64,000 nt of DNA, taken from positions 1,344,001 through 1,408,000 of the forward strand of contig CBDCXR010000004.1 in the NCBI GenBank assembly GCA_965223845.1, written 5' to 3'. Shown in pieces: positions 19,870 to 29,562 of this stretch; position 1 is the stretch's first letter; each line of letters opens with the position of its first letter. The stretch comes from Planctomycetota bacterium (GTDB taxonomy: Bacteria; Planctomycetota; UBA8108; SXIK01). The translations under genes and the position numbers were made by a program. The notes under the pieces are model-generated. The model was not told the origin of the DNA. It searched no databases and worked only from the letters and a program-made list of their open reading frames with translations.

Positions 19870-20326
19870 GGATCCCTCCGCTTTCTCTCCGTTACCGCCC
19901 AGGGCGCCGTCGGTCCCGAGGGGGCGCGCGGTCGCCGGAAGGCGAAAGGCAACGTTCGTGCCGCGGTGCGGTGTGGAGCTGCGACGGCCCGGAAGTTGTT
20001 CTACGAGGGACAGTTACCGGATTCTCGCGCGTACCCGCCGGAGACCGCGAAGTGGCCCACGGGGCCGCGATGGGTAAGAACGCCACGACCGGAAACGCCT
20101 CGGTAGGCGAATCGGGGCGGGCGCGACGTATCGCAGCCGCGTCCGGCCGAGACGTTCGCGCGGTCTTGAGAGTCCCGAGCTCAGGAATGTTCAGCGCCGC
20201 CGCCCGCCGGCCGATGAAACCATGGCAGCCGAGTCGTCTTGACGGTTCGAGCACGCGTTCGCTACGCTCGGCTTGGTCGGCGCGCGTTCGGGCGGGATCG
20301 CCCGGAGGGAAGGGACGGAACAATCG

Positions 20327-21271
20327 ATGAGTGAGAGCCTCGGTACGGCGAGCGGTCCCAGTCCCGCCCCGCGAAGTCTTGTTTTGCTCGGCGGAATCGT
20401 CCGCGTCGATCACTTCGGCGCGGAGCTCGGACGATCGGTGCTCGACCTTCCGATCTCGCCGGACGAAACGATGTTTTCGGCCTGGCGCGAGCACGCGCAG
20501 ACCCTCGCTGAGGCGATCGGGAGCGAGCCTCTCGACGTATCGCTGGTCGTCAACTCGGACCGGACTGTTCCGGACGGGTGGTCGAACGACGACCGCGTTC
20601 GCCTCACGATCGAGCGCGACCCGGCGGAGTACCGCGGAACGGGCGGGCTCCTGCGCGACTTCGTCGCCCGCAAGTACGATGCGGATGATTGGATCCTCGT
20701 CGCCAACGCGGCGCAGCTGTTCCTCGAACCGCTTCCCCCGCTCGTCGAGCGGCTCCGTGCAGCGGGAGCCGAAGTGGCTACGCTGACTCAGAAGGACGGC
20801 ACACCCGCCGGACTCACTCTCCTCAGGTGCGGAAGTCTCGACGTGATCCCCGAGGTCGGCTACTGCGATCTCAAGGAGCAGGGGCTCGCCAAGATCGCGG
20901 AGCTCCGCCCTGTCGGCGTCGTCACACTCGAACCGACGTGTGTCCATCCCGTCCGCGGTCTCGACGACTACGTCGAAGCGCTCAAGGCCTTGTACCGCCA
21001 CCGACAAACCGGGCCGGGCGTCGTCTCCGATCCGTTTGCCGAAGAATGGCAGGCGACCTTTTCGGTCGTCGAGCCGGAGAGCGTTGTCGAGGAGGGAGCC
21101 GTTCTCCACGATGCGGTCGTCCTCCGCGGCGGCCGGGTCGAGCGGGGAGGATTCGCCGCGCGTACGATCGTCGGGCCGGGAGGTGTCGTCCGCGCCGGCG
21201 AATCGGTCATCGACGCCGTCGTCCACGAAGGTGGCGTCAGTCACCCGTCCACGGTCGTGACGGGGCGCTAA
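20327..21271 (+). CDS. Degenerate nucleotidyltransferase-fold protein with C-terminal hexapeptide (left-handed beta-helix) repeats
   Basis: LVLLGG start, DPAEYRGTGG, YCDLKEQ and C-terminal V/A/G hexapeptide repeats; lacks the GxGTRL..PK signature. Confidence 0.7.
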   Translation: MSESLGTASGPSPAPRSLVLLGGIVRVDHFGAELGRSVLDLPISPDETMFSAWREHAQTLAEAIGSEPLDVSLVVNSDRTVPDGWSNDDRVRLTIERDPAEYRGTGGLLRDFVARKYDADDWILVANAAQLFLEPLPPLVERLRAAGAEVATLTQKDGTPAGLTLLRCGSLDVIPEVGYCDLKEQGLAKIAELRPVGVVTLEPTCVHPVRGLDDYVEALKALYRHRQTGPGVVSDPFAEEWQATFSVVEPESVVEEGAVLHDAVVLRGGRVERGGFAARTIVGPGGVVRAGESVIDAVVHEGGVSHPSTVVTGR

Positions 21272-21382
21272 GGGCGGTCGTAGGGGGCCGAGGCGAGCGA
21301 CTCGCGCGCGAGATTCGGCTTGGCTCACCGGCGTCGCCTGGTTCCGAAGAACTCGCTCGACGCGGCGAGAGAGTACGGCCGA

Positions 21383-21412
21383 TTGCGACGTTCTCGGCGG
21401 GGAGGGTATTAT
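21383..21412 (+). promoter_or_regulatory. Candidate sigma70-type promoter TTGCGA-N18-TATTAT
   Basis: Read directly, about 100 bp upstream of the sugar transferase start. Confidence 0.45.
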
Positions 21413-21511
21413 GATGTGCCTTCGCGCTCGCGGAATGCGGTCGCGGCCGCCATCTCGGCCCGCGATCGAGTCGCGGATCCCGCCGACTCGCCGAGAGGAG
21501 ATTCCGGTACT

Positions 21512-23017
21512 GTGTCGACCGTCGCCGCCCCGGCTCAATCGAGCTCCCGTCCGCGAGTCGCCGATCGCCCCCTCCTTTGGGGCCTCGCACCAGCTGAACT
21601 GCACGATCGATTCTGGGCGGCGCGCGGTGTCAAAGTCGTGCGGCGCGACGAGGCCGCTTCGCTCGGCGACGATGCCTCCTTCTACCTTCTCACCGAGTCG
21701 AATGCGCTCGTCACCTTCGACCTGAGCGTGCTGATGGGGGCCTTCAATTGGTTTCGAACGAAGGTGCTCGTCTTTCGACTGAGCGATCAGGCGAACCCGG
21801 ACTACCGCGAGATCGCCGTCACGGACGACGACGGGAAGCTCGTCGAGTTCCAGCGCGTCTACCGGACCGCGGAGCCGCGCGAGACGCGAGTGCTTCTCAC
21901 CCGCGACCGGGGAATTGCTGAGCTGTGGCAAGCGTCCGCTGAACCCGACGCGAGCTGGCGGCTCATGTTTCAGTTCATCTCGCCCGCGTCGCGCGTGGTC
22001 GATGTCGTCGACGGGCGAATCTACGAGATCGGCGTGCCGAACGACGAAGTCTCGCTCCTCAAGGAGCTGATGACCCTATGGGCGCGACCGGACGCGACGG
22101 TACCGCGAGTGCGCGCGGCGGGCGAACGAGTGTGGGCGGATCGCGGCGCAGAGATCGATCCGAATGCGAAGGTGCACGGTCCCCTCTGGCTCGGGTGCGG
22201 TCGAACGATCGGACCCGGCGAGAGTGCGGTCGGTGCGGCGGTCCTCTGGGACGCCGAGCCGACGGGTGAGGGAGACGATGCAGCGGACGGCGGCGCGGAG
22301 AACGAAGCGAGCGCCGACGCCGTTTCGCTGAACGGGAAGCGACGGCGGCGCGGGAACGGAACGTCGAGCCGGCGGCGCGGGGGCGAAGACGAATTCGCGG
22401 CGACGAGCGCTCGGACGGGAGGCTATTTCGGCAAGCGCGCTTTCGATATCGTGTTTTCGTTCGTCGCCCTGTGCTTCACGCTTCCCCTCTATCCGTTCAT
22501 CATGCTCGCGATCTTCCTCGAGGATGGTCGCCCGTTCTTTTTCGCGCACCGCCGCGAGACGGTGGGCGGAAAGGACTTTCCCTGCCTCAAGTTTCGGACG
22601 ATGCGCCGGGACGCCGAGGAGATCAAGAAGCGTCTTCTCGAGCAGAACCAGGTGGACGGACCGCAGTTCTACATGGAAAACGATCCGCGCATACTGCGCG
22701 TCGGCCCCTTTCTCCGCAAGCTGAAGCTCGACGAGCTGCCTCAGTTCTTGAACGTGCTCGTTGGGCACATGTCGGTTGTCGGACCGCGCCCGAGTCCGCT
22801 CTCGGAAAACCAGTTCTGTCCCGCGTGGCGCGACGCGCGCCTCAGTGTTCGTCCCGGAATCACCGGACTCTGGCAGGTACGCCGGACTCGGCGCGAGGGG
22901 CTCGATTTCCAGGAGTGGGTGCAGTACGACCTCGAGTACGTGAAGAACACGAGCTTCGCGCACGACCTGTGGATTCTCTGGCGAACCGTGTTCGTCGTGG
23001 CGTTCGGTCGCTACTAG
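21512..23017 (+). CDS. Priming phosphoglycosyltransferase (Bac_transf / PglC-WcaJ core) with unusual N-terminal domain
   Basis: KRAFDI plus one hydrophobic helix, KFRTM, DPRI, LDELPQF, MSVVGPRP, RPGITGLWQV and DLEY; GTG start after GAGGAG. Confidence 0.88.
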   Translation: MSTVAAPAQSSSRPRVADRPLLWGLAPAELHDRFWAARGVKVVRRDEAASLGDDASFYLLTESNALVTFDLSVLMGAFNWFRTKVLVFRLSDQANPDYREIAVTDDDGKLVEFQRVYRTAEPRETRVLLTRDRGIAELWQASAEPDASWRLMFQFISPASRVVDVVDGRIYEIGVPNDEVSLLKELMTLWARPDATVPRVRAAGERVWADRGAEIDPNAKVHGPLWLGCGRTIGPGESAVGAAVLWDAEPTGEGDDAADGGAENEASADAVSLNGKRRRRGNGTSSRRRGGEDEFAATSARTGGYFGKRAFDIVFSFVALCFTLPLYPFIMLAIFLEDGRPFFFAHRRETVGGKDFPCLKFRTMRRDAEEIKKRLLEQNQVDGPQFYMENDPRILRVGPFLRKLKLDELPQFLNVLVGHMSVVGPRPSPLSENQFCPAWRDARLSVRPGITGLWQVRRTRREGLDFQEWVQYDLEYVKNTSFAHDLWILWRTVFVVAFGRY

Positions 23018-23183
23018 ACGCGAGGACGCGCACCTCGCCGGCTTCGAGTCTCTCGAAAGCTCGCCTTCGCAGTCCCATCGCGAGCCCGGGTGAGCCTCGC
23101 CGGCTGCCGCCGGTCGAGCGAGCCTCCGGCTCTGTCCAGTCACCGGGCGTAGGGCGTCTTTAGCGAGTGCGTTCGTTGATCCA

Positions 23184-24416
23184 TTATTGTGGGCAGGCCT
23201 CGCCGCTCGGGCACAGTCTAAGCGAGTCGCCCGAGGGGTCCTTGCCACAGGATTCCGTGCCCGGGCGAGGGAGCGCCCGCCCGCCGCTGAACAGCCAGCC
23301 GAGACCGCGGACCGAATCCGACACGTCGACCTTGCCGTCGTCGTTGGCGTCTGCGGCGTCGAGACAGCGCGGCGCGCCGCCGTCCCCGAAGAGGCCGTCG
23401 AGGATTCGAATGAAATCGGCGAGATTGACGGCGCCGTCGCGGTTCGCGTCGCCACGGAGGAAGATCGCATCCCCGCTCGAGATCGGTACGGCGATCATGG
23501 GGTCGTCGGGGACGTTGGTCTCGATCTCGAGGACGGCTTGTTCCGGGTCGTCACTCTGCGGTTCGTAGCTGACCGGCACCGATACGGAGGAGTCGGCGGG
23601 AATGTCGATCGTGTCCGCTCCCGAGTCGATCGCAAAGGTCCCGGGCGATGACTCGAAGAGGGTCAGAGTAACGGTCAGCGTGCTTCCGCCGGAGTTCGTG
23701 ATCTCTACGTCGACGGTCTGCGTCTCGCCGATGGGCGTCACTCCGAAGACGACGTCGTTCGGCGAAACCTCCACGTCTGCGGCCGCGCAGATATTGACCG
23801 GCGCCGATTCGCGCACGGGATCGATCGAACGAACGCCGTAGGCCACGCGGTTGTTCACTGCTGCACCGGGACCGCGCAGCCCGTCTTCGAACTCGACCAC
23901 TGTGGCCGTGCAATCCATGAGCGGGACGTCCGCCTCGAGGGCGAGGCGCAAGACGGGGAAGCGACCGGTGGGCGGAAGGCTGACGGAACGCTCGAGCGAG
24001 AGAACGACGACACTGATCACGCCGACGTTCCCGTCGCCCTCGGTGAGGAGGGTCTGCTCGAATCCCTGGTGACGAAACCCGGTCGGGTCGTCGCTGCGGG
24101 AAGCCGCGGCCGTCTGTTCGGTCGTCGCGCCGACGATGTCTCCACCGGTCGCGACCGCGGAGATCGACCACCCTTGGGCGCCGTAGGACGTCGTGACGCC
24201 GCGGCTCTCGAGCCAGACGATCTGGCTGTAGCGGATCCTCTCGTTCCGCGTTGCGTGCACGGCGCCCAGATCGGAAACGGAGAGTGTGAATTCCTGCGCG
24301 GAGAGGCGCCCTGCCGAGACGTCGACGAGGAGCACCGCAATCCACGCGACGAGCGCGGGGAGCGATCGCCGACGCGCCGACTCGGAAAGAATCGGGCGAG
24401 AGCAACGAGGGGACAT
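23184..24416 (-). CDS. Secreted protein: cohesin-like + Ig-like (ASH/choice-of-anchor D) + dockerin-like tail
   Basis: Signal-like segment ending LSA-Q; GAQGWSIS beta-sandwich; FGVTPIG..VEITNSGG..L Ig domain; FLRGDANRDG...DANDDG tail. Start uncertain. Confidence 0.75.
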   Translation of the reverse strand: MSPRCSRPILSESARRRSLPALVAWIAVLLVDVSAGRLSAQEFTLSVSDLGAVHATRNERIRYSQIVWLESRGVTTSYGAQGWSISAVATGGDIVGATTEQTAAASRSDDPTGFRHQGFEQTLLTEGDGNVGVISVVVLSLERSVSLPPTGRFPVLRLALEADVPLMDCTATVVEFEDGLRGPGAAVNNRVAYGVRSIDPVRESAPVNICAAADVEVSPNDVVFGVTPIGETQTVDVEITNSGGSTLTVTLTLFESSPGTFAIDSGADTIDIPADSSVSVPVSYEPQSDDPEQAVLEIETNVPDDPMIAVPISSGDAIFLRGDANRDGAVNLADFIRILDGLFGDGGAPRCLDAADANDDGKVDVSDSVRGLGWLFSGGRALPRPGTESCGKDPSGDSLRLCPSGEACPQ

Positions 24417-24957
24417 ATCGATCTGCGTTCCTTGAGATTGGGGTCGCTGGGGGGACCGTGACGGCGGATGGATTCGGGTCAATACGTCGACCCCATCCGC
24501 AAAACCGCGGACACACGCCGATCCCTGCGCACCGGCTCTGCGTTCCAGTGAAACGCGCACCACCAATGAAGAATTGTCTGAGAAAGCACCACTCGCGACG
24601 CGCCGGTCACCGTGACTCGAGGGCTTCGCCGCCGTCCGCATTTGCCTGCGGTAGCGCGGAATCCCAGAGCGAATCAACGTCGGGCGACGTCGCCGGCCGT
24701 CGGTTCGGCGCCCGGGCACTGGCCGGTGCGCGGAGAGTCTCCGCGATCCCAACGGTCCGATCAAGTCCGTTAAGCAAACCTCGGACCACGCCCGATCGGA
24801 GTCGTCCCGGTGTCTCGTGAGGCCTTCCACCGAACGACTTACACCGATCGCCGCTCGATCGAGCCCGTCGCGCTCGCAAACGGGATCAGGACGGCGACGA
24901 AAGAGTGCGGGAATCTCCGACAGAACTCCGGAGCCTCGGCCGTAGAATGAGCGGATC

Positions 24958-25791
24958 ATGGTGCGTCGACCGAGTTTCGAGATCATTCCCCCGACGAGCG
25001 AGCTCGGCGAGCGGGAGCTCCGTTTCGTCTCCCCGGACCGCTCGCGCAGCCCGCGGCGACTGACGCCGGACGACGTCGATCGCTTCGATCGCGATGGCTA
25101 CCTCGCGGGGATCCGCGCTCTCGATCCCGACGAGGCCGACCGCCTGCGAGGCTATTTCGACGCGCTCCTTGCGGAAACTCTCGCGAGTGGGGGGACCAGC
25201 TATTCGATCAGCTCGGCCCACCTTTCCCACGGTCGCGTTTACGACCTCATGCGCGACGAGAGAATCGTCGACGTCGTCGCCGATCTCCTCGGTCCGGACG
25301 TGGTCGGGTGGGGCGCCCACTTCTTCTGCAAGATGCCGGGCGACGGGAAGACCGTGTCCTTTCACCAGGACGCGAGCTACTGGCCCCTCTCACCGGCGCG
25401 GACGGTCACCGTGTGGCTCGCGGTCGACGCTTCCGACGAAGAGAACGGTGCGATGGAAGTCATCCCCGGGTCGCATCGTCATGGTGCGATTCCGTTCGAG
25501 CGGAGCGACGCGAACGAGGACAACGTCCTCGATCAAACGGTCCCGAACGCCGAGCGTTTCGGTCAACCGGTCCCGATCAAACTCGCTGCCGGCGAGATCT
25601 CCGTCCACTCCGATCTACTTCTCCACGGATCGGGTGCGAATCGCTCGCGCCGACGGCGCTGCGGCCTCACGCTCCGCTATTGCCCTCCTTGCGTGCGCGC
25701 GGGACGCGGCTGGAACGCGAAGGGCATCCTCGTCGAGGGCGGAGACCCGTCCGGGCACTGGGCGAATCCGCGCCGGCCCGACGCGAACTGA
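24958..25791 (+). CDS. Phytanoyl-CoA dioxygenase (PhyH)-family Fe/2-oxoglutarate dioxygenase
   Basis: FFCKMPG, HQDASYW (HxD), TVWLA, NGAMEVIPGSH and LLHGS..N.S..RR motifs. Confidence 0.9.
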   Translation: MVRRPSFEIIPPTSELGERELRFVSPDRSRSPRRLTPDDVDRFDRDGYLAGIRALDPDEADRLRGYFDALLAETLASGGTSYSISSAHLSHGRVYDLMRDERIVDVVADLLGPDVVGWGAHFFCKMPGDGKTVSFHQDASYWPLSPARTVTVWLAVDASDEENGAMEVIPGSHRHGAIPFERSDANEDNVLDQTVPNAERFGQPVPIKLAAGEISVHSDLLLHGSGANRSRRRRCGLTLRYCPPCVRAGRGWNAKGILVEGGDPSGHWANPRRPDAN

Positions 25792-25823
25792 CGCGTCTCC
25801 GGGCCGGCGAGCGCGCGGCAACC

Positions 25824-28800
25824 TCAGAACCCGCACGCGCTCGGACAGCCTTCGATTCGCACGCACGCGCCGCTCCCGAGCGGAGGGGGCGGGCCGTTCT
25901 CGAAGAGGTAGCCGAGGATGTAGAGCACATCGGAAATATCGACGGAGTCGTCGGCGTTCGCGTCCAGCACGGCGAGGTTGCCGCCGTCTTCGAGTGACGC
26001 ACCGTCGCAGGGAAGCGCCGCTGCCCCGCCGCCGAAGAGACGCCGGAGGTAGCTGACGGCGTCGGCGATGTCCACGTTCCCGTCCTGGTTGCTGTCACCC
26101 GGACGCTGCCGACCGCCGAGCCCCGAGAGCGCCGGGTCCTCGTCGCCGGGAGTCCCTCCGAGTACCGTGGCCTCGATCCAATTCGCCGGCTCGGACCACG
26201 TGTTCAGCTCCTCGCTCGGATCGGCGAACGTGAGACTCACACCGAAGCCATCGGTCTCCGGCAGCCACGCGTCGGAATAGGCGAACTCCATGATGGGTTC
26301 GACCAGCGGTCCGTAGACGGAGATCACTTCGCTGTCGTTGTCGAGATTCCCGTCGTACTCCCCGCCGATGCGGATCGCGCCGGCGTCGTAGCGCTCGGCG
26401 AACGCATCGAGGTTGCTCACGATCACGATGTGCTCCCCCGGCGCGAGCTCGCCCGCGTCGTCCGGAAACGTAAATCGGATCGCCGTTGCGACGCTGGCAC
26501 CCGCGAGGTCGATCGGCGTGTCGCTCGCGTTGAGGAACTCGAGAAACTCGAAATCGTCATCGTCGTAGACGCTGTCGAGCGGAGGATCTTCCGGGTGGTA
26601 CATGATCTCGCTCACGACGAGCCGCGGCGTGGTGACCACGAAGGTCTCCGCCACGGGGCCGCTCCACATCGATGCGCTGACTCGAGTGCGCGCGACGACG
26701 CGAGAGTTGTCGTCGAGCACGATCGGACCGGAGTACTGCTCGGCGCCGCTCGCGATGCTCCCGCCGCGGGCGCGGGGGTCGCTGCCGTCGATCGTGTAGT
26801 AGATCGAGCCCTCCTCGGAAGTCAGTCGAAGCTGGAATCCCGGGTTGATGTGATGCCCGGAGTTGCTGAACTCCGGCGCCGCGGGAAACTGATCGTCTAT
26901 CCATTGCGCCCGCGCGCGCAGCCAGCTCTTCATCCAGGCGACCTCGCTCGACCAGGTGCGACCGCCGAGGACATTCCACTTCTGAAAGTTCCTCACTTGA
27001 GCCTCGGAAATCACATCGGCCATCGAGTCGATGATGCCCTCGATCGATGCCTGGCTGAGATCTCCGCGTCGAAGCTCTTGCCAGCGGTCCCGCCATCGCT
27101 GCCAGAAGTCCGGATCGTCGAACAATCGGTTCCACCAGGGATAGTTGAAATAGTCCGTGGCGTCGCCCGTTCCGCGCCACGCCCGAGGATTGTCGTCGCG
27201 TCCGTCCGTCGAGCCCATGGAACGATCGAAGTCCCAGATCGGACCGAATTCGATGCGACCGAAGCGACTCTTGTAGAAGTACGTGCTCAGACGGAGCGCG
27301 TCGACGTTCATGGGGAGAACATTGAGAATGTGATGATCGATCCACGAGTCGACGTCGACGTAGCGGACGTAGCCGTTCACCGGATCGCGAAAGTTGGCAC
27401 CGTTCAGTGTCGTGTTGAACGCGTTCATGTAGTTCCGGAGCCACGTCGCCTGATCGTCCGTAATGTTATCCTCCTTGGGATACACGTAACCGATCGTGCG
27501 GCCGGCCGCGGAGAACCCGGAGTCGCCAGGATCGAGTCGATCGATCTTCATCATGTAGCCGCCTTGGATTTCGGGCGGGGCATCGTGCGTCGGCGAAAGG
27601 CGTTCCACGTCAACTCGATCCGGTCCGCGTTTGATCTTCTCCATGAAGGAATAGACCCCGACATAATCGGACGACGACATCGAGCCGCCTCCCGTGTTGA
27701 CGTAGACTTCGCAGAACTTCGATCGGCACGCGTAGCGCCCTACTCGGTTGCTGAGCTCGTAGATGAACGGGTTGCGGAGGAGCGCGCGATCGAAGTTGTA
27801 CGCGCCGTAGAGGATCCAGTCGGACTCCTCCGGTAGGCCGAGCGGAAGGATGTCCTTGTCGTTGTCACGCTCATCCCACGCCTCGACGGTGTACGCCTTT
27901 TTGGGCCGGTTCTGAGTGCTCGAGCCGCGGATCTTGATGCCGATGCGCGTCGAGACGTCGGGCGCTCGCGTCAGTCGAGCCCGGCCGTCTTCCTTCGGTT
28001 CGAAGATCGCCATGAACGCCATCTGCTGCGAGTTCGCCGGTACGCTCCCGGCGCCGAAGTTGTCGATGACGACGATCGGGATGTCCGAGTCGAAGTTTCG
28101 CACCGTCGAGGAGAGCCGAAGGTAGGTGTGCGTGACGACCGGACTCGGCGAGAGGTCGCCGTCGAACGACCGCGCTCGGACCATCACGGACTCGCCGACG
28201 GAGATGGGGCCGCCGTAGACCGTGGATCCTTCTTCCGGCTCGGAGCCGTCCGTCGTGTAGCGAATCGTGCCGGGCGCATCGAGAACGAGATCGAAGTCTG
28301 TCGAAAAGACGCCGCTTTCGACGGAGAACGCCGGCGGAGTGGAGATCCCGGAGAACCCTGGGAGATTCCCGAATCCGGGCGACGGGAGGTGGAAATAGAG
28401 CTGCTGCGTCGCGTCGAGCTCGCCGCCGCCGACGGCGTCGAGCTCGGGGACGATGAGAAAATCGGAGCTCCCGGTGCTCCGGTTGAGCCCGTGGATCGCG
28501 AGGACGTTGTCGCCGTCCTCGAGAACGTTCGCCGAGAGACTGAAGCTCTCGTAGACGAGCGCTTCTTCGTCTCTGTGGTCCGAAGACGCGGTCGAATTCC
28601 ACGCGGGCGAGGACGGGGCATTCGCTTCGGCCACCTTGCTCCCGTTGATGTACGCGACGAAACCGTCGTCGTACTTCATTCGAAGCGTCAGTCCGCCGAA
28701 ATCGGCCGCGTTCTCGACGGTGAACGGGACGCGGATGTAGCAGCCCTCGCGCTGGTCGTACATCGCGTCTTCAAGGTCGATGTCGATGAGGTTCGTGTAG

Positions 28801-29390
28801 TCGGAATTCCGGTCGTAGCCGACGCCGGTCACGCCGCTCATCCAGCCGCCGTCGTCGAAGTCGACCTCACGCCACGACGTCCCGATGTTCCCGGTCGGAA
28901 CGAGCGCCGTGGCCGGGTCGCCGGCGCGGACGAGCCGCGCGAAGTTCGCGTTCTGAGAGAGTCCGTACGAAAAATCGGGGACCTGGAGGGGGTAGTCGGC
29001 GAACTGCCACGCGATCGTGACGCCGTCCGGTTCGACTAGAGCGAGCGATTCACCTCCGCCCGAAAGTCGGAAACTGACGTGGAGCTCGTCCCCGCGGCGA
29101 TCCTTCTCGGACGCGAAGACGAGCAGAAACTCCCCTTCGCCGAGAACTCGCGTGGGAAACTGCCACTTGGTGAGATCGGCGAGGTCGTCCGTCGCGTACC
29201 ACCCGCCGAGATCGACGCTGCCCGGACCGCAGTTGTAGACCTCGAACCAATCGGGAAAGCTGCCGTCTTCGTCCTCGAAGGTGGAGTCGTTGACGGCCAT
29301 GAACTCTGTGATCACCACGTCGGCCGCGACGGGGAGAGGGAGCACGGCGAGAGCGATCCATAGGGCGGGAGAGCGCAGGAAGCGAGGCAT
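25824..29390 (-). CDS. Secreted LTD - beta-sandwich - Fn3-associated - CotH kinase - Fn3-associated - LTD - dockerin-like protein
   Basis: Signal peptide; VVITEFMA/DWFEVYN and VVSEIMYHP/EFLEF lamin-tail domains; IRYTTDGSEP and IYYTIDGSDP; CotH motifs IRGSST, GPIWDFDRSMG; GDSNQDG tail. Confidence 0.88.
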   Translation of the reverse strand: MPRFLRSPALWIALAVLPLPVAADVVITEFMAVNDSTFEDEDGSFPDWFEVYNCGPGSVDLGGWYATDDLADLTKWQFPTRVLGEGEFLLVFASEKDRRGDELHVSFRLSGGGESLALVEPDGVTIAWQFADYPLQVPDFSYGLSQNANFARLVRAGDPATALVPTGNIGTSWREVDFDDGGWMSGVTGVGYDRNSDYTNLIDIDLEDAMYDQREGCYIRVPFTVENAADFGGLTLRMKYDDGFVAYINGSKVAEANAPSSPAWNSTASSDHRDEEALVYESFSLSANVLEDGDNVLAIHGLNRSTGSSDFLIVPELDAVGGGELDATQQLYFHLPSPGFGNLPGFSGISTPPAFSVESGVFSTDFDLVLDAPGTIRYTTDGSEPEEGSTVYGGPISVGESVMVRARSFDGDLSPSPVVTHTYLRLSSTVRNFDSDIPIVVIDNFGAGSVPANSQQMAFMAIFEPKEDGRARLTRAPDVSTRIGIKIRGSSTQNRPKKAYTVEAWDERDNDKDILPLGLPEESDWILYGAYNFDRALLRNPFIYELSNRVGRYACRSKFCEVYVNTGGGSMSSSDYVGVYSFMEKIKRGPDRVDVERLSPTHDAPPEIQGGYMMKIDRLDPGDSGFSAAGRTIGYVYPKEDNITDDQATWLRNYMNAFNTTLNGANFRDPVNGYVRYVDVDSWIDHHILNVLPMNVDALRLSTYFYKSRFGRIEFGPIWDFDRSMGSTDGRDDNPRAWRGTGDATDYFNYPWWNRLFDDPDFWQRWRDRWQELRRGDLSQASIEGIIDSMADVISEAQVRNFQKWNVLGGRTWSSEVAWMKSWLRARAQWIDDQFPAAPEFSNSGHHINPGFQLRLTSEEGSIYYTIDGSDPRARGGSIASGAEQYSGPIVLDDNSRVVARTRVSASMWSGPVAETFVVTTPRLVVSEIMYHPEDPPLDSVYDDDDFEFLEFLNASDTPIDLAGASVATAIRFTFPDDAGELAPGEHIVIVSNLDAFAERYDAGAIRIGGEYDGNLDNDSEVISVYGPLVEPIMEFAYSDAWLPETDGFGVSLTFADPSEELNTWSEPANWIEATVLGGTPGDEDPALSGLGGRQRPGDSNQDGNVDIADAVSYLRRLFGGGAAALPCDGASLEDGGNLAVLDANADDSVDISDVLYILGYLFENGPPPPLGSGACVRIEGCPSACGF

Positions 29391-29562
29391 GGAGCGATTC
29401 CGATGGACGAGACGGGCAGCAAGCGAAACACAAACGGCGCGCCACCCCGACGCGCCGTTGAATCTTCACACAAGTCGGGCCCATTTTAGCGCGATTCCGG
29501 CACCGGACGAAGCGATCAATCGAGCATCGCGGGCCGGGCGGAGCGGCCGCAGACGCCGCTCG

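Noticed and set aside
23018-23183. Short repeated CCTCGCCGGCT-like words between convergent genes (possible CRISPR or REP)
   Set aside because: Only two or three short imperfect copies, with no regular spacers and no cas genes.
24645-24660. GCGGTAGCG resembling an RfaH ops/JUMPStart element
   Set aside because: Only a partial match, and it is not upstream of the polysaccharide operon.
24417-24986. N-terminal extension of the 600-aa ORF, and similar extensions at 110, 5811, 9662, 18565, 59056 and 59088
   Set aside because: Arg/Pro/Ser-rich non-protein-like sequence. Downstream starts fit RBS, gene overlap or signal-peptide evidence better.
24958-25791. Possible Fe/2OG halogenase tailoring the PKS product
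   Set aside because: The HxD facial triad is intact (HQD), whereas halogenases replace Asp with Ala or Gly. The gene is also outside the locus.
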